A DNA stretch of 64,000 bases, taken from NCBI RefSeq assembly GCF_038871235.1, contig NZ_JAVZIN010000001.1:64001-128000 (forward strand). Direction: 5' to 3'. The position numbers and the translations under genes were made by a program. The notes below the pieces were generated by a model. That model did no database searches. It saw only the letters and a list, made by a program, of their open reading frames with translations, and was not told where the DNA came from. This DNA is from Candidatus Hadarchaeum sp. Its GTDB lineage: Archaea > Hadarchaeota > Hadarchaeia > Hadarchaeales > Hadarchaeaceae. How positions within the stretch are numbered: position 1 is the first letter of the stretch; each line of letters starts with the position of its first letter. This document shows, piece after piece, positions 10,222 to 19,696 of the stretch.

Positions 10222-11277
10222 ATGCGATCAAAATTTTTGAAAACCCCTACCCACCCGATAGAAGTTCAGCCCGGGCGCAGCATCAGCCATTTGACCGAAG
10301 GGCTGCTCGCGACCGGCTTCCAGGGCAGAAAGCTCGGCGAAGCCGTTGAAGTTTGGGCCAAGATGCTTCGGGAAAAACAGAACATAATTTGGCTAGGCTT
10401 AGCTGGGGCGATGGTCCCGGCGGGAATGAGGAAAGTAATCTCCTACCTGATTAAACGCCGCATGATCGATGTCTTGGTCTCAACCGGAGCCAACCTTTAC
10501 CACGATCTCCATGAAGCCAGGGGAAAGAGGCACTACGTTGGCAGCCACCTAGTCGACGATGTGAAGCTAAGAAAGCATTATGTGGATCGTATATACGATG
10601 TTTTCGCAGATGAAACCGAGTTTTACAGGACTGATCTCTGGATAGAAAAGGAATTCTGCCCCCACCTCTCTGATATGTATCGCTATTCCTCGCGTGAGAT
10701 AATCTATGAGCTGGGCAAGTTCCTCGACAGCTGGGGCGCGGAAAAGGATTCCATTATCCTGAGCGCTTACCACAGCGGTGTTCCGGTGTTCTGCCCGGCC
10801 CTGAACGACAGCTCGCTTGGCTTTTCCCTGATGTTTGCCAATAGAAGGCGCGGGAGGAGAATAATACTGGACTCCCTCAAAGACGTCGACGAGAGTTCAA
10901 GGATAACTGAAGTGGCTGGCACGACCTCGGTTGTCTACATTGGTGGGGGCGTGCCCAAGAACTTCATCCAGCAGACGGCGGTGATAGCGGGTTATCAGAC
11001 GCGTCATGACCGAAGCCACAAATATGCCCTGCAGATATCGATGGATGCGCCGATGTGGGGTGGGCTGTCAGGATGCACTTTTGAAGAGGCGCAGTCATGG
11101 GGCAAAATTGATCTCCGCGCCAAGAAAGTGATGTGCTACGCCGACGCCACCATAGCGCTGCCAATAGTCGCACATGCGCTCGGGGAGAAGTTCAAGAAAC
11201 TAAGAAGGGATGTCCCGGTCTTCGAGTGGGGTAGAAATGGCACCCTGACGATAAAGTACGAGAAGAGGTCGCTTTAA
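10222..11277 (+). CDS. dys: deoxyhypusine synthase family protein
   Basis: GFQGRKLG, STGANLYHD, GGGVPKNF, GGLSGCTFEEAQSWGK. Confidence 0.88.
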   Translation: MRSKFLKTPTHPIEVQPGRSISHLTEGLLATGFQGRKLGEAVEVWAKMLREKQNIIWLGLAGAMVPAGMRKVISYLIKRRMIDVLVSTGANLYHDLHEARGKRHYVGSHLVDDVKLRKHYVDRIYDVFADETEFYRTDLWIEKEFCPHLSDMYRYSSREIIYELGKFLDSWGAEKDSIILSAYHSGVPVFCPALNDSSLGFSLMFANRRRGRRIILDSLKDVDESSRITEVAGTTSVVYIGGGVPKNFIQQTAVIAGYQTRHDRSHKYALQISMDAPMWGGLSGCTFEEAQSWGKIDLRAKKVMCYADATIALPIVAHALGEKFKKLRRDVPVFEWGRNGTLTIKYEKRSL

Positions 11278-11289
11278 ACCAAATAACGT

Positions 11290-11880
11290 TTAATCAATCC
11301 TGAGGACGTGAACCCTTCCATTTTTTATTTCTACGTCGGCTAGAGTTTTAACGTCCAATCCGGTTTCTCGTTTTACCCTCTCCGGGCCCTGACCGCGGTT
11401 CATCACTATGATCACGTCTTTAACGATTACACCAACCTTCTTCAATCCTTGAATGACCCCGGAAACGGTGCCGCCAGTTGACATGACGTCGTCTATTATT
11501 ATCACGCGATCGCCCTTTCTGACCGAGTTAATGTAGAATTTCTGCACCGTTTCCTTCCCGGCAATTTTGCGGTAGCTCTTTTTTACCTCAACTTCGATTT
11601 CCCCAGGCAGGTTGAACTTCTTCTTTCTGACGATAATTATTGGCACCTTGGTCATCGTGGCCACCAAGGCCGAGACATGTATGCCCATAGCCTCGATTGT
11701 TACTATCCTATCCACGTTGAAATCGGCTCTTTCAACTATTCGCTGGGCGATTTCCATCAAGAGTTCCGGCTTTAGGGGCGGTGCGACCCCCTGCGTTGGG
11801 TTCACGAAGTACTCATATTTGCCCATTTTGACGACGATAGCATTTTCCAGCGCTTCCTTGAGAAGAGGTAATTTGGTCAT
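11290..11880 (-). CDS. purine phosphoribosyltransferase (archaeal Hpt/Apt-like)
   Basis: EAMGI, PRPP-binding IIIDDVMSTGGT. Confidence 0.85.
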   Translation of the reverse strand: MTKLPLLKEALENAIVVKMGKYEYFVNPTQGVAPPLKPELLMEIAQRIVERADFNVDRIVTIEAMGIHVSALVATMTKVPIIIVRKKKFNLPGEIEVEVKKSYRKIAGKETVQKFYINSVRKGDRVIIIDDVMSTGGTVSGVIQGLKKVGVIVKDVIIVMNRGQGPERVKRETGLDVKTLADVEIKNGRVHVLRID

Positions 11881-11899
11881 TTCACCTACCAGAACATTT

Positions 11900-12835
11900 T
11901 TACTCGAACTCTATAGTGGCTGGAGGCTTGCCGGTTAGATCATAGAGGACATGAGTAACAGAAGGATTTTCTTCCCTTATCCTCCGCTCGATCCGGCGCA
12001 GTATTTTCCAAGGCAAGGCCACGGGCTCAGCAGTCATGGCGTCCTTTGATTTCACCGCCCGGACAACTACGATTTCACCATATTTTCTCTTGAGATCCTT
12101 GGTGACTCCCGTGGCCCGGTCTTGAAGCAGCACTGCAAAAGCCTGGAAGCAGGGAATGTTTTTCGTTTCCTCTTCAACCACCTTGGTGGCCCTCCGGACC
12201 AGCTCCACCCTTTCCGGAGTTACCTCGCCGATGACTCTAATGGAAAGTCCCGGACCAGGGAAGGGTCTCCTCATTGACTCCGGCTTCATCCCAAGCGCCT
12301 TGGCGACGGCCCTCACCTCATGCTTGTAAATGTCCTTCAGGGGTTCAAGAATCTTCAACCCATATCTTTCCAACGGATGAACATTTATCTGCTCCAGAAC
12401 ATTGTGTTGAGTTTTCACCCCCGCCTTGGTTTCAACCACGTCGGCGGCAATGGTGCCTTGAATCATGAACTTGGCACCGAGCTCCTCAGATATTTTTCCT
12501 AGGGACCTGTAGAAAACCTCCCGGAAGGCTTTCCTTTTTTCCTCAGGGTCAATCAGTCCCTTCAGGGCTGCGAAGAAATCGTCCCAGAGGCGGTAGATCC
12601 TAGTATTTAGTCCCAGTTGCTTCAGGCGATTGTAGACCTGCTGTGGCTCACCGGCCCTCATCAGTCCGTCGTCCAGAAAAACCACCGTCAGTTTGTCACC
12701 GACGGCCATGTGTCCGAGCACCGCAGCAACCGTGCTGTCCACACCTCCGGAAACGGCAGCAAAGGCTTTTTCATCCCCAATCGTCTCCTTCAACCATTCA
12801 ACCTTTTCTCGAACAAATTTTTTGGCATCAAACAT
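11900..12835 (-). CDS. guaAB: GMP synthase subunit B (ATP pyrophosphatase)
   Basis: SGGVDS, PEEKRK, KTQHNV, RPFPGPGL, KPPATIEFE. Confidence 0.93.
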   Translation of the reverse strand: MFDAKKFVREKVEWLKETIGDEKAFAAVSGGVDSTVAAVLGHMAVGDKLTVVFLDDGLMRAGEPQQVYNRLKQLGLNTRIYRLWDDFFAALKGLIDPEEKRKAFREVFYRSLGKISEELGAKFMIQGTIAADVVETKAGVKTQHNVLEQINVHPLERYGLKILEPLKDIYKHEVRAVAKALGMKPESMRRPFPGPGLSIRVIGEVTPERVELVRRATKVVEEETKNIPCFQAFAVLLQDRATGVTKDLKRKYGEIVVVRAVKSKDAMTAEPVALPWKILRRIERRIREENPSVTHVLYDLTGKPPATIEFE

Positions 12836-12966
12836 TCAACAACTCTCCTCGGTAATACACTGATAGGTTGAACTTCCATATTTTAGCCTTTGCTGTGGTG
12901 CCTTTCCAAGGCAAAAAACGATTTTCGCGGAAGAATTTTATCGTCTCGGTGGAGATCTTCAATTGA

Positions 12967-14115
12967 TTGTGCATGGATTTTTTCACGTCGAGACGCGGCT
13001 ATAAAAGCAGATGTGTGCTCTGCGGCCTAGAGGCCAATTACGTCTCGGAGACCTTGGGTGTGTGTCCTAGCTGTGTCCGCAACCGTTTTGATGAAGCTAG
13101 GCCTTACCTCGCCACGGCCCATGCCAAAATTCGGAAGAGATACGGGCTGCCGCCTGAGCCGCCAAGGGACAAGAACGGGATTGAATGCCGGGATTGCGGT
13201 AATCTCTGTAAGATACCCCGAGGAGGGAAGGGATTCTGCGGCATGGTAGAAAATTTTGAGGGTAAGTTGGTCAGGAGATTTGGAACACCTGAACGGGGAC
13301 TTCTGAGCTGGTACTACGATCCACTCCCAACCAACTGTGTACCGGCGGATTTTTGCGCCGGGTCTAGCGGAGCTGGTTATCCAAAGTGGTGTCGAACACC
13401 TCGTGGTGATATCGGTTACTACAACCTCTCCATCTTCATGGGCAGTTGCACCTACAGCTGCCTCTACTGTCAGAACTACGGCTACCGCGATCTGACCGTC
13501 ACCGGCTCCCCGACCATGAACGCGGCCCAGCTTGCAGAAAAGGCCGATGAAAGCGTCGGCTGTGTCTGTTACTTCGGCGGTGACCCCTCCAGCCAGATGC
13601 CCTTTGTGATCGCTTCGGCAGGGATGATGCGCGACGACGCTGAAAAGGAAGGACGCATCCTGAGGGTCTGTCTCGAGACCAACCTCAGCATGAACCATGA
13701 AACTCTGGAAAAGTTCACCGAACTATCCATTAACAGCGGCGGGGGAATAAAGGCGGATCTGAAATGCTGGTCGTCTGAAATCCTCTACGCGCTTTCCGGC
13801 ATCGAACACCGCGCGGCTTACGATAATTTCGTTTGGTTGGGGAAGCAGCATTCCCGGCGTCCTGAGGTGCCGCTCGCTCGTGCCAGCACCTTGCTTGTGC
13901 CAGGTTACATCGACGAAGAAGAGATTCGATCGCTGGCTTCATTTATAGCCAACCTTGATCCTACCATACCCTACTCGCTTCTTGCCTTTCACCCCCTTTA
14001 CCATATGGAGGACATGCCGTTAACCAAGAAGGAGGACGCTGAGAGGTTTCTCAAAATTTGCCGGGAGGAGGGCTTGCAAAGAGTCAGGATTGGGAATCCA
14101 TGGCTCTTGGTATAA
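12967..14115 (+). CDS. radical SAM protein, PFL-activase/AmmeMemoRadiSam-like, Cys-rich N-terminus
   Basis: CTYSCLYCQN, YFGGDP, ETN, LLAFHP. Confidence 0.8.
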   Translation: MCMDFFTSRRGYKSRCVLCGLEANYVSETLGVCPSCVRNRFDEARPYLATAHAKIRKRYGLPPEPPRDKNGIECRDCGNLCKIPRGGKGFCGMVENFEGKLVRRFGTPERGLLSWYYDPLPTNCVPADFCAGSSGAGYPKWCRTPRGDIGYYNLSIFMGSCTYSCLYCQNYGYRDLTVTGSPTMNAAQLAEKADESVGCVCYFGGDPSSQMPFVIASAGMMRDDAEKEGRILRVCLETNLSMNHETLEKFTELSINSGGGIKADLKCWSSEILYALSGIEHRAAYDNFVWLGKQHSRRPEVPLARASTLLVPGYIDEEEIRSLASFIANLDPTIPYSLLAFHPLYHMEDMPLTKKEDAERFLKICREEGLQRVRIGNPWLLV

Positions 14116-14158
14116 CGAATGGAGTAGGCTTAAACATTCTCAAAGAGATTAAAAAACG

Positions 14159-14533
14159 ATGCCTATGGGGGCAAAAATTGAGCAGCTTATCTTGGAGATG
14201 CTTTCCCGCGAGCAAGAGGGGGGCTTGATCAAGACCAAGCTAGATACTGTCAGGGCGTTGATTCACTACCACGGTGCCATCTGGAAATCTGAACTTGTTC
14301 AGGAATTGACCCTGCAGGCCGCAGCAACCGGTTCTGAAGGGCCGGACATGGGGCAGCTCGACAAGGGGCTTCACGAACTGGAAAAATCAGGTATCGTGAA
14401 GATTAAAAAAGCGCTGAGGGCAACCCTGCAGTCCAGTAGTGGCGTGGAGGATGAACTGATCTCGATAGTTGACCTACACGCTGCCTACACGGCTCTGGCG
14501 AGGGACAAAAAGCTGGCCCTTCGCCGTTTTTGA
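14159..14533 (+). CDS. hypothetical protein, possible winged helix
   Basis: 124-aa ORF with TATA-like element upstream; LHELEKSGIVK pattern. Confidence 0.6.
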   Translation: MPMGAKIEQLILEMLSREQEGGLIKTKLDTVRALIHYHGAIWKSELVQELTLQAAATGSEGPDMGQLDKGLHELEKSGIVKIKKALRATLQSSSGVEDELISIVDLHAAYTALARDKKLALRRF

Positions 14534-14802
14534 TGGCGGCCAAAGAAAATCTTCAGGGATTTAGGCTCTCCCTGCTTCGAAAACCTCCGATATAAGCACT
14601 CGGAAGTCATTTCTGCGGTCTTTGTGGGGTCTTCCTATCCCACCAGTAAGGATGCTTTTTATTCCGTTTTAAAAATTTCATACAGCACCAGTACAACTTG
14701 GGGCAAAGCCAGTTCAATTTTTTGTTTCAAAACTGGAAAATGAATTTCCCAACCGACCCCTAATTAATCATCCATGAGATATTGTTAATGGGGTGATAAC
14801 CA

Positions 14803-15537
14803 TTGGTAAGGAAAGTGATTGGGGCAGTCTTGGTCGTCGTGGGCGCTTCTGTGCTGGTGCTTGCTTCCTTATTTGCACAACTTTATCCTAAGCCAGCAGT
14901 TGAGCCGACCACGGAAAACGAGATTGGCGTAACGCTACCACCGCCACGTCTTGACAGCGACTTCTCAATCGAGAAAGCGCTGTTCTTGAGGAGATCGGTT
15001 AGGGAGTATACCGGTGAACCGCTGAGCTTAAGTGAGGTCTCCCAGCTACTGTGGGCGGCGCAGGGAATAACGGATCCCCGCGGTTTTAGGACGGCGCCTT
15101 CTGCGGGCGGGCTTTACCCTCTTGAGGTTTACTTGGTGGCCGGAGATGTGGAGAACTTGGAGGCGGGTATTTACCGGTACCGGCCTCAGAGCCATGAGTT
15201 GGTCAAAATACAAACCGGTGATCTAAGAGAGGTGCTCTGCACGGCCGCGCTGGGACAGGCTTGGGTAAAAGAGGCCGCGATAGATATCGTTATCGTGGGA
15301 ATCTATGAGCGGACAACGGTGAAGTACGGTGACCGCGGAGTTCAATACGTACACCTGGAGGCAGGTCACGCGGCGCAGAACGTTTGCCTGCAGGCGACCG
15401 CGTTGGGGCTTGGCACGGTAACCGTCGGAGGTTTTTATGATGACCAAGTGCAGAAAGTCCTAATGGCCCCGGAGAATGAGAAACCGCTGTACGTGATGCC
15501 CGTGGGCAGACCTACTCGGGGTGGTGCGGGGGAATAG
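14803..15537 (+). CDS. SagB/ThcOx-family nitroreductase with N-terminal membrane anchor
   Basis: RRSVREY, RTAPSAGGLYPLE, EAGHAAQN. Confidence 0.88.
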   Translation: MVRKVIGAVLVVVGASVLVLASLFAQLYPKPAVEPTTENEIGVTLPPPRLDSDFSIEKALFLRRSVREYTGEPLSLSEVSQLLWAAQGITDPRGFRTAPSAGGLYPLEVYLVAGDVENLEAGIYRYRPQSHELVKIQTGDLREVLCTAALGQAWVKEAAIDIVIVGIYERTTVKYGDRGVQYVHLEAGHAAQNVCLQATALGLGTVTVGGFYDDQVQKVLMAPENEKPLYVMPVGRPTRGGAGE

Positions 15538-15667
15538 GTTTATACTATCGTTTGAAGCTACTGAAACCACGCAGTGCTGAAATAGGGCAAGAAAGGGGGA
15601 TTTTTAGCGCCCGCTGCTGGCTGCGATTTTGGGATCTCACCAGTGTGGACATTCGAGTTCTGCCTTT

Positions 15668-18085
15668 TCACAGACCAAGCTTTCTGAACACATAGTACTT
15701 TGGGAAATCGATGGCTAACGTGAACGCGGCAGAGAATACCAAGACAAAAGCAACCTCCAGTGCCGTGACGGGCGGGATGATTAATCCATACACGCCCAAC
15801 AGCGCAAATCCAGCTGTTGCACCGATGCTGGAAATGAGAAGCTCCCTGCCGGGTCTTGAGTGCCAGAAGTGCCCTCTTTCTCTCACGATGTAAACTCTGA
15901 ACACACTTGTGAACACGAGAGCCAACATAACAAGGGTCTGTAGAGCGGCCGGCGGCAAGCGGAAATAACTCGTGCCGACAAACACAATTATGCCACCTTC
16001 TATTACGAGTAAGAGCCCAACCAAAAGAGACGCTAGGAAGATGTTCTTAACATTCCACAGATTCGGGCTGATCGTGCTCTTGGAGTTGTCCGTCGCAAGC
16101 GACATCGTCACGAAGTCGTTTGCGAATATCAGCAAAACCATGCCCAATGCGGTGAGCAAAAAATCGTGTAACCAGAAGAAGCCCAAGACCAGCAATCCTA
16201 TGAATTGAATCACCTTGCTGATCTTGTTCAGCACCCACGTGAGCATGCGCTGGTAGATCTGCCTGCTGGTCTTTGTCGCGTCGATTATTCCTTTCATTCC
16301 CGGTTCGGTCAGGACTATGCTCGACGAGACCTTTGCCACGTCGGTAGAGTTGCTCACCGCTATGCCGACTTCGGCCTGCTTCAATGCGGGGGAATCGTTC
16401 ACACCGTCGCCGGTCATCCCGACAACGTAGCCTTTGGATTGCAGGAGCCTGACGATTCTATACTTGTCCTCGGGATATATCTCAGCGAAGCCATCGTATT
16501 CCTCTATGATTTTTGACTGCTCTTCTTCACTTAGTCCTCTCAGATCAGGCATTCGGACGATCTTGTCCCCAATGGAAACCTGCCGAGCTACCTCCTTGGC
16601 TATCGCGATGTTATCCCCGGTCAGCATCTTCACCGCTATGCCTAGCCCTTTTAGCTCCTCTATGATTTCTTTTGAATCGGGCCTTGGAGGGTCGGCCAGC
16701 GGCAGCAGACCCACGAGCTGAAGATTGTCGAAGTCGGCTCCTCGGGACCTAGCTACCGCTAGAGTTCTGTAACCCTTTGAAGACAACTCAAGCACGAGTG
16801 GATCAATTTTACTGCAGGACTCTGGATCCGTCTCTTGACATAGTGATGCTATCACTTGCGGGGCACCCTTGACCACTTTGAAGCGATGCCCTTCATGTTC
16901 GACTATCGCCTCCGATCTCTTCGTTGTCGGGTCAAAAGGCGTGAACGAAATCTGCTTGTATCTGGTCATCTCGGCGCCAACAGATTTTGCGTGCTCGATG
17001 ACGGTGATGTCTATGAGGTCTCCAGTTTCAGCTCTGGATGCCAGGCTTGCCATGAGCGCAACGTCATCTTTCTTGAATTCCGAGAAAGGCATGCAATCGA
17101 AAACTGATAGCTTGTTCTGAGTGATTGTCCCCGTTTTGTCCAGGCACAGTACCTCCATGGATGCCGCGTCTTCGATTGAACTAAGCTTGGTCACGAGGAT
17201 CTTCTTCTTTGATAGTTCAATTGCGCCCGCCGCGAGGACCACCGCGAAAACGGCCGGCAACGCCACCGGGACCGCTCCCATCAGGAAAACTAATGTGAAT
17301 GTCAGTATCATCATAATGTCTGTATGCAATAGGGCAGCGTACGCGACAACTAGAATCAGCGCAGCCACGCCGACGTACATGCTGTACTTTACGACGGCCA
17401 TCATTACTTGCTGCTGATGGGACTTGGGCCCGGCTGTCCTCACTAGTTCTGCGGTCCTGCCAAAGTACGTTTTCGCTCCGGTGGCGATTACGACGCACTT
17501 CGCGTCCCCACTTTTTACTATGGAGCTGGAGTATACGATGTCGGACTTGCGAGCCTTTACTGGTAGAGATTCCCCAGTAAGGGCTGATTGATCCAGAGTA
17601 ACTTCATCATCGCTTATTATTTTGGCGTCAGCTGGCACCAAGTCGCCGAGACCAATGGCGATTACGTCCCCAGGGACTAGCTCCCTTGCAGGGATTGTCA
17701 CTAACTTACCATCTCGCATGACTTTTGCCTTGACCGCTAACCGCTGCTTCAACAGTTCCAGCGCTTTTCGAGAACTGCGAGAATGCCAGAATCCTATCAA
17801 CGCGTTTATCGTGAGCAGCGAGAATATCACCAAGAACTCGAGATAATGAGCAGAAATGTACGAAAGCACCATAGCAAATTCCAATAGCCAAGGCATAGGT
17901 CCCCAGTAGCGAGACAGAAAGTCCAAGGCGGGGCTTCTCTCCTTTTCCATCACCTCGTTGAATCCGAATTTGTTTAACCTTTCATTGGCCTGGGCACCGG
18001 TGAGGCCGTTAGCCGAAGTCTCTAATAGGCGTATTGTTTCTTCGACGGAGATGCTCTTGAAATCGGATGTTCCTGTGGGTTTCAA
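15668..18085 (-). CDS. P-type (IIIA) plasma-membrane H+-ATPase
   Basis: WGPMPW, TGES, PVALP, DKTGT, KGAP, DPPR, TGDGVNDSPAL. Confidence 0.92.
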   Translation of the reverse strand: MKPTGTSDFKSISVEETIRLLETSANGLTGAQANERLNKFGFNEVMEKERSPALDFLSRYWGPMPWLLEFAMVLSYISAHYLEFLVIFSLLTINALIGFWHSRSSRKALELLKQRLAVKAKVMRDGKLVTIPARELVPGDVIAIGLGDLVPADAKIISDDEVTLDQSALTGESLPVKARKSDIVYSSSIVKSGDAKCVVIATGAKTYFGRTAELVRTAGPKSHQQQVMMAVVKYSMYVGVAALILVVAYAALLHTDIMMILTFTLVFLMGAVPVALPAVFAVVLAAGAIELSKKKILVTKLSSIEDAASMEVLCLDKTGTITQNKLSVFDCMPFSEFKKDDVALMASLASRAETGDLIDITVIEHAKSVGAEMTRYKQISFTPFDPTTKRSEAIVEHEGHRFKVVKGAPQVIASLCQETDPESCSKIDPLVLELSSKGYRTLAVARSRGADFDNLQLVGLLPLADPPRPDSKEIIEELKGLGIAVKMLTGDNIAIAKEVARQVSIGDKIVRMPDLRGLSEEEQSKIIEEYDGFAEIYPEDKYRIVRLLQSKGYVVGMTGDGVNDSPALKQAEVGIAVSNSTDVAKVSSSIVLTEPGMKGIIDATKTSRQIYQRMLTWVLNKISKVIQFIGLLVLGFFWLHDFLLTALGMVLLIFANDFVTMSLATDNSKSTISPNLWNVKNIFLASLLVGLLLVIEGGIIVFVGTSYFRLPPAALQTLVMLALVFTSVFRVYIVRERGHFWHSRPGRELLISSIGATAGFALLGVYGLIIPPVTALEVAFVLVFSAAFTLAIDFPKYYVFRKLGL

Positions 18086-18240
18086 GAAATCATGCCCCCC
18101 ACTTTTTGTATTTCACCTGAAGAAGCCTTTGCAAAAGTTTGTCATAAAGCATTCGACTTCTAAAAATAGCCGTTGAGGCAAGGAATTACATGACTTTGCC
18201 TAAAATCTGCCTAAATCTTGCTCAGTTGGTCGTTGAAGAA

Positions 18241-18348
18241 TGGTGCGGGGGAGGGGATTTGAACCCCCGAACTCCTTCGAGACCAGCCCCTCAAGCTGGC
18301 GCCTTAGGCCGGCTTTTGAGACCATTGACCTGGCTAGGCTACCCCCGC
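18241..18348 (-). tRNA. tRNA-Leu(GAG) with 20-nt intron at 21/22 (D-arm)
   Basis: GCGGGGG/CCCCCGC acceptor, CCAGC-TT-GAG-GG-GCTGG anticodon arm, long variable arm, GGTTCAAATCC, CCA. Confidence 0.92.
18305..18324 (-). other. tRNA-Leu intron 21/22 (TGGTCTCAAAAGCCGGCCTA)
   Basis: BHB GGTC-AA^T...GGCC-TA^A; excision restores GGTCAAAGGCG. Confidence 0.85.
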
Positions 18349-18381
18349 GCCAGCAGAATTATCGCGTTTGCCTTTTAAAAA

Positions 18382-19170
18382 TCAGAGCTTTTTGACCAGC
18401 TTGGGGAACTCCTCAAACTTCGCCTGAAGGGATTCAACCGCCTTAAGTATTATCTGGTCCGGTGGCAGTGTTCCCGTTGACTCAACTCTGAAGATGAACT
18501 TGGTCGGGTCACCTGAAACCTTAACCGCCTTGGAGTGACAGGCCTCCGCGCAGGTCTTGCACATGGTACACTGGGTCAAATCCTTAACCCGAACCTTTCT
18601 TTCCTCGATTTCGAGAATGTCCTTTGGACAGGCCTTGACGCAGTCGCCACAGGCATTGCAGAGTTTGGGATCAAACTCAAGCACCGGCATGTACTTGTAA
18701 GCCACGATTCCGGGTTGCCACTTGGCATGTTCCTTACCAAGACCTAGACGAGCGATAGCCACTAGCTCCAGCCTCTGCCCACTCTCCAGCCTCACTATCG
18801 GAATAGAACTATTGACTGGCCTTACTTCCTCATCCGATGGGTTAAGTGAACCGCTGTAAACCATGCCGGGGCCCTCTGCTTTGAGTTCGAGTTCCGCGGA
18901 ACACTTCTCACAACGCCCCTCGCGACAACCGCACTCGCTGGGCAACACATAGCCCTTAGGTGGGGTGGTAAGCGGCACCATGGCGAGTCGGTGGGCAATG
19001 ATCTCGTCGTACATTGCGGAATCATTCACCTTGAACTCCACCTCGTCGACCGCCATGATCGGCACATCGCGCAAGGCTGCTCTACGGACGGAGTTGGCAA
19101 AGGCCGGGGTCGCGTTTGAGAGCATGAACTCCATTTCGTCCCCGTCGAGTTTTCTGATTTCTATCTGCAT
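18382..19170 (-). CDS. rpoD: RNA polymerase subunit D (Rpo3) with ferredoxin-like domain
   Basis: FANSVRR, DEIIAHRLAMVP, GKEHAKWQP, two CxxCxxCxxxC motifs; start taken at MQIEI. Confidence 0.95.
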   Translation of the reverse strand: MQIEIRKLDGDEMEFMLSNATPAFANSVRRAALRDVPIMAVDEVEFKVNDSAMYDEIIAHRLAMVPLTTPPKGYVLPSECGCREGRCEKCSAELELKAEGPGMVYSGSLNPSDEEVRPVNSSIPIVRLESGQRLELVAIARLGLGKEHAKWQPGIVAYKYMPVLEFDPKLCNACGDCVKACPKDILEIEERKVRVKDLTQCTMCKTCAEACHSKAVKVSGDPTKFIFRVESTGTLPPDQIILKAVESLQAKFEEFPKLVKKL

Positions 19171-19284
19171 ACCGACACCAAAATCGTCCTTCAAGATGTT
19201 GTGTTCAGCTTAAATATTGCTTTCGGTGGGGTTTAAAAACACACACCAGGGCCATGAGACGGTAAATCGGGCCCTGGGTCAAAA

Positions 19285-19383
19285 TGGCGCCCTTCGGCAG
19301 AGCTATTGCTCCTTGGCCGGGATTTGAACCCGGGGCGGAGCCTCGACAGGGCTCCATGTTAGACCGGGCTACACCACCAGGGC
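19285..19383 (-). tRNA. tRNA-Asp(GTC) with 21-nt intron at 68/69 in the acceptor stem
   Basis: GCCCTGG...GAGCC-CT-GTC-GA-GGCTC...GGTTCAAATCCCGGCCA[intron]GGGCGCCA; splicing restores CCAGGGC-G-CCA. Confidence 0.9.
19293..19313 (-). other. tRNA-Asp intron 68/69 (AGGAGCAATAGCTCTGCCGAA)
   Basis: strict hBHBh': CC/GG, CGGC/GCCG, bulges CA^A and AA^G, inner GGAGC/GCTCT. Confidence 0.88.
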
Positions 19384-19537
19384 CCAAACTCACTAAATAA
19401 TGTCTCGGTTTAAGACGCTTATGTCAGGTAGAGGTCCGCGGAAGTAAATACCCAACCAGCTGGCCCGCGCTCTTTTGGTGCTAAACTCACGAGTAACTCA
19501 CCATATGGTAAACCTTGACAAAAGAACTAAAATCAAC

Positions 19538-19659
19538 GGTTGGCAGCGAACCGGGCTTCCCTTTGGCTTGCGCACAAAAGTACAACCCGATACGCAGGCG
19601 AGCTTGACTTCCGGGATCTGACGAGACCGGGTATTTCCTCGCCGCTATGGCCGCCAACC
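19538..19659 (-). rRNA. rrf: 5S rRNA
   Basis: GGTTGGCGGCCATAGCGGCGAGGAAATACCCGGTCTCGTCAGATCCCGGAAGTCAAGC...GCTGCCAACC, about 122 nt with paired ends. Confidence 0.92.
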
Positions 19660-19696
19660 GAAATTATTGTTGTCCACTCAGTTTTAAAAGCTTGTG

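Noticed and set aside
14561-14700. Possible gene remnant or structured RNA (minus-strand ...ISEVFEAGRA*, two small hairpins)
   Set aside because: Too short and ambiguous to support a call.
19307-19383. tRNA-Asp read as a pseudo-tRNA or att-site remnant with a mismatched acceptor stem
   Set aside because: A strict BHB intron explains the mismatch exactly and restores G73-CCA.
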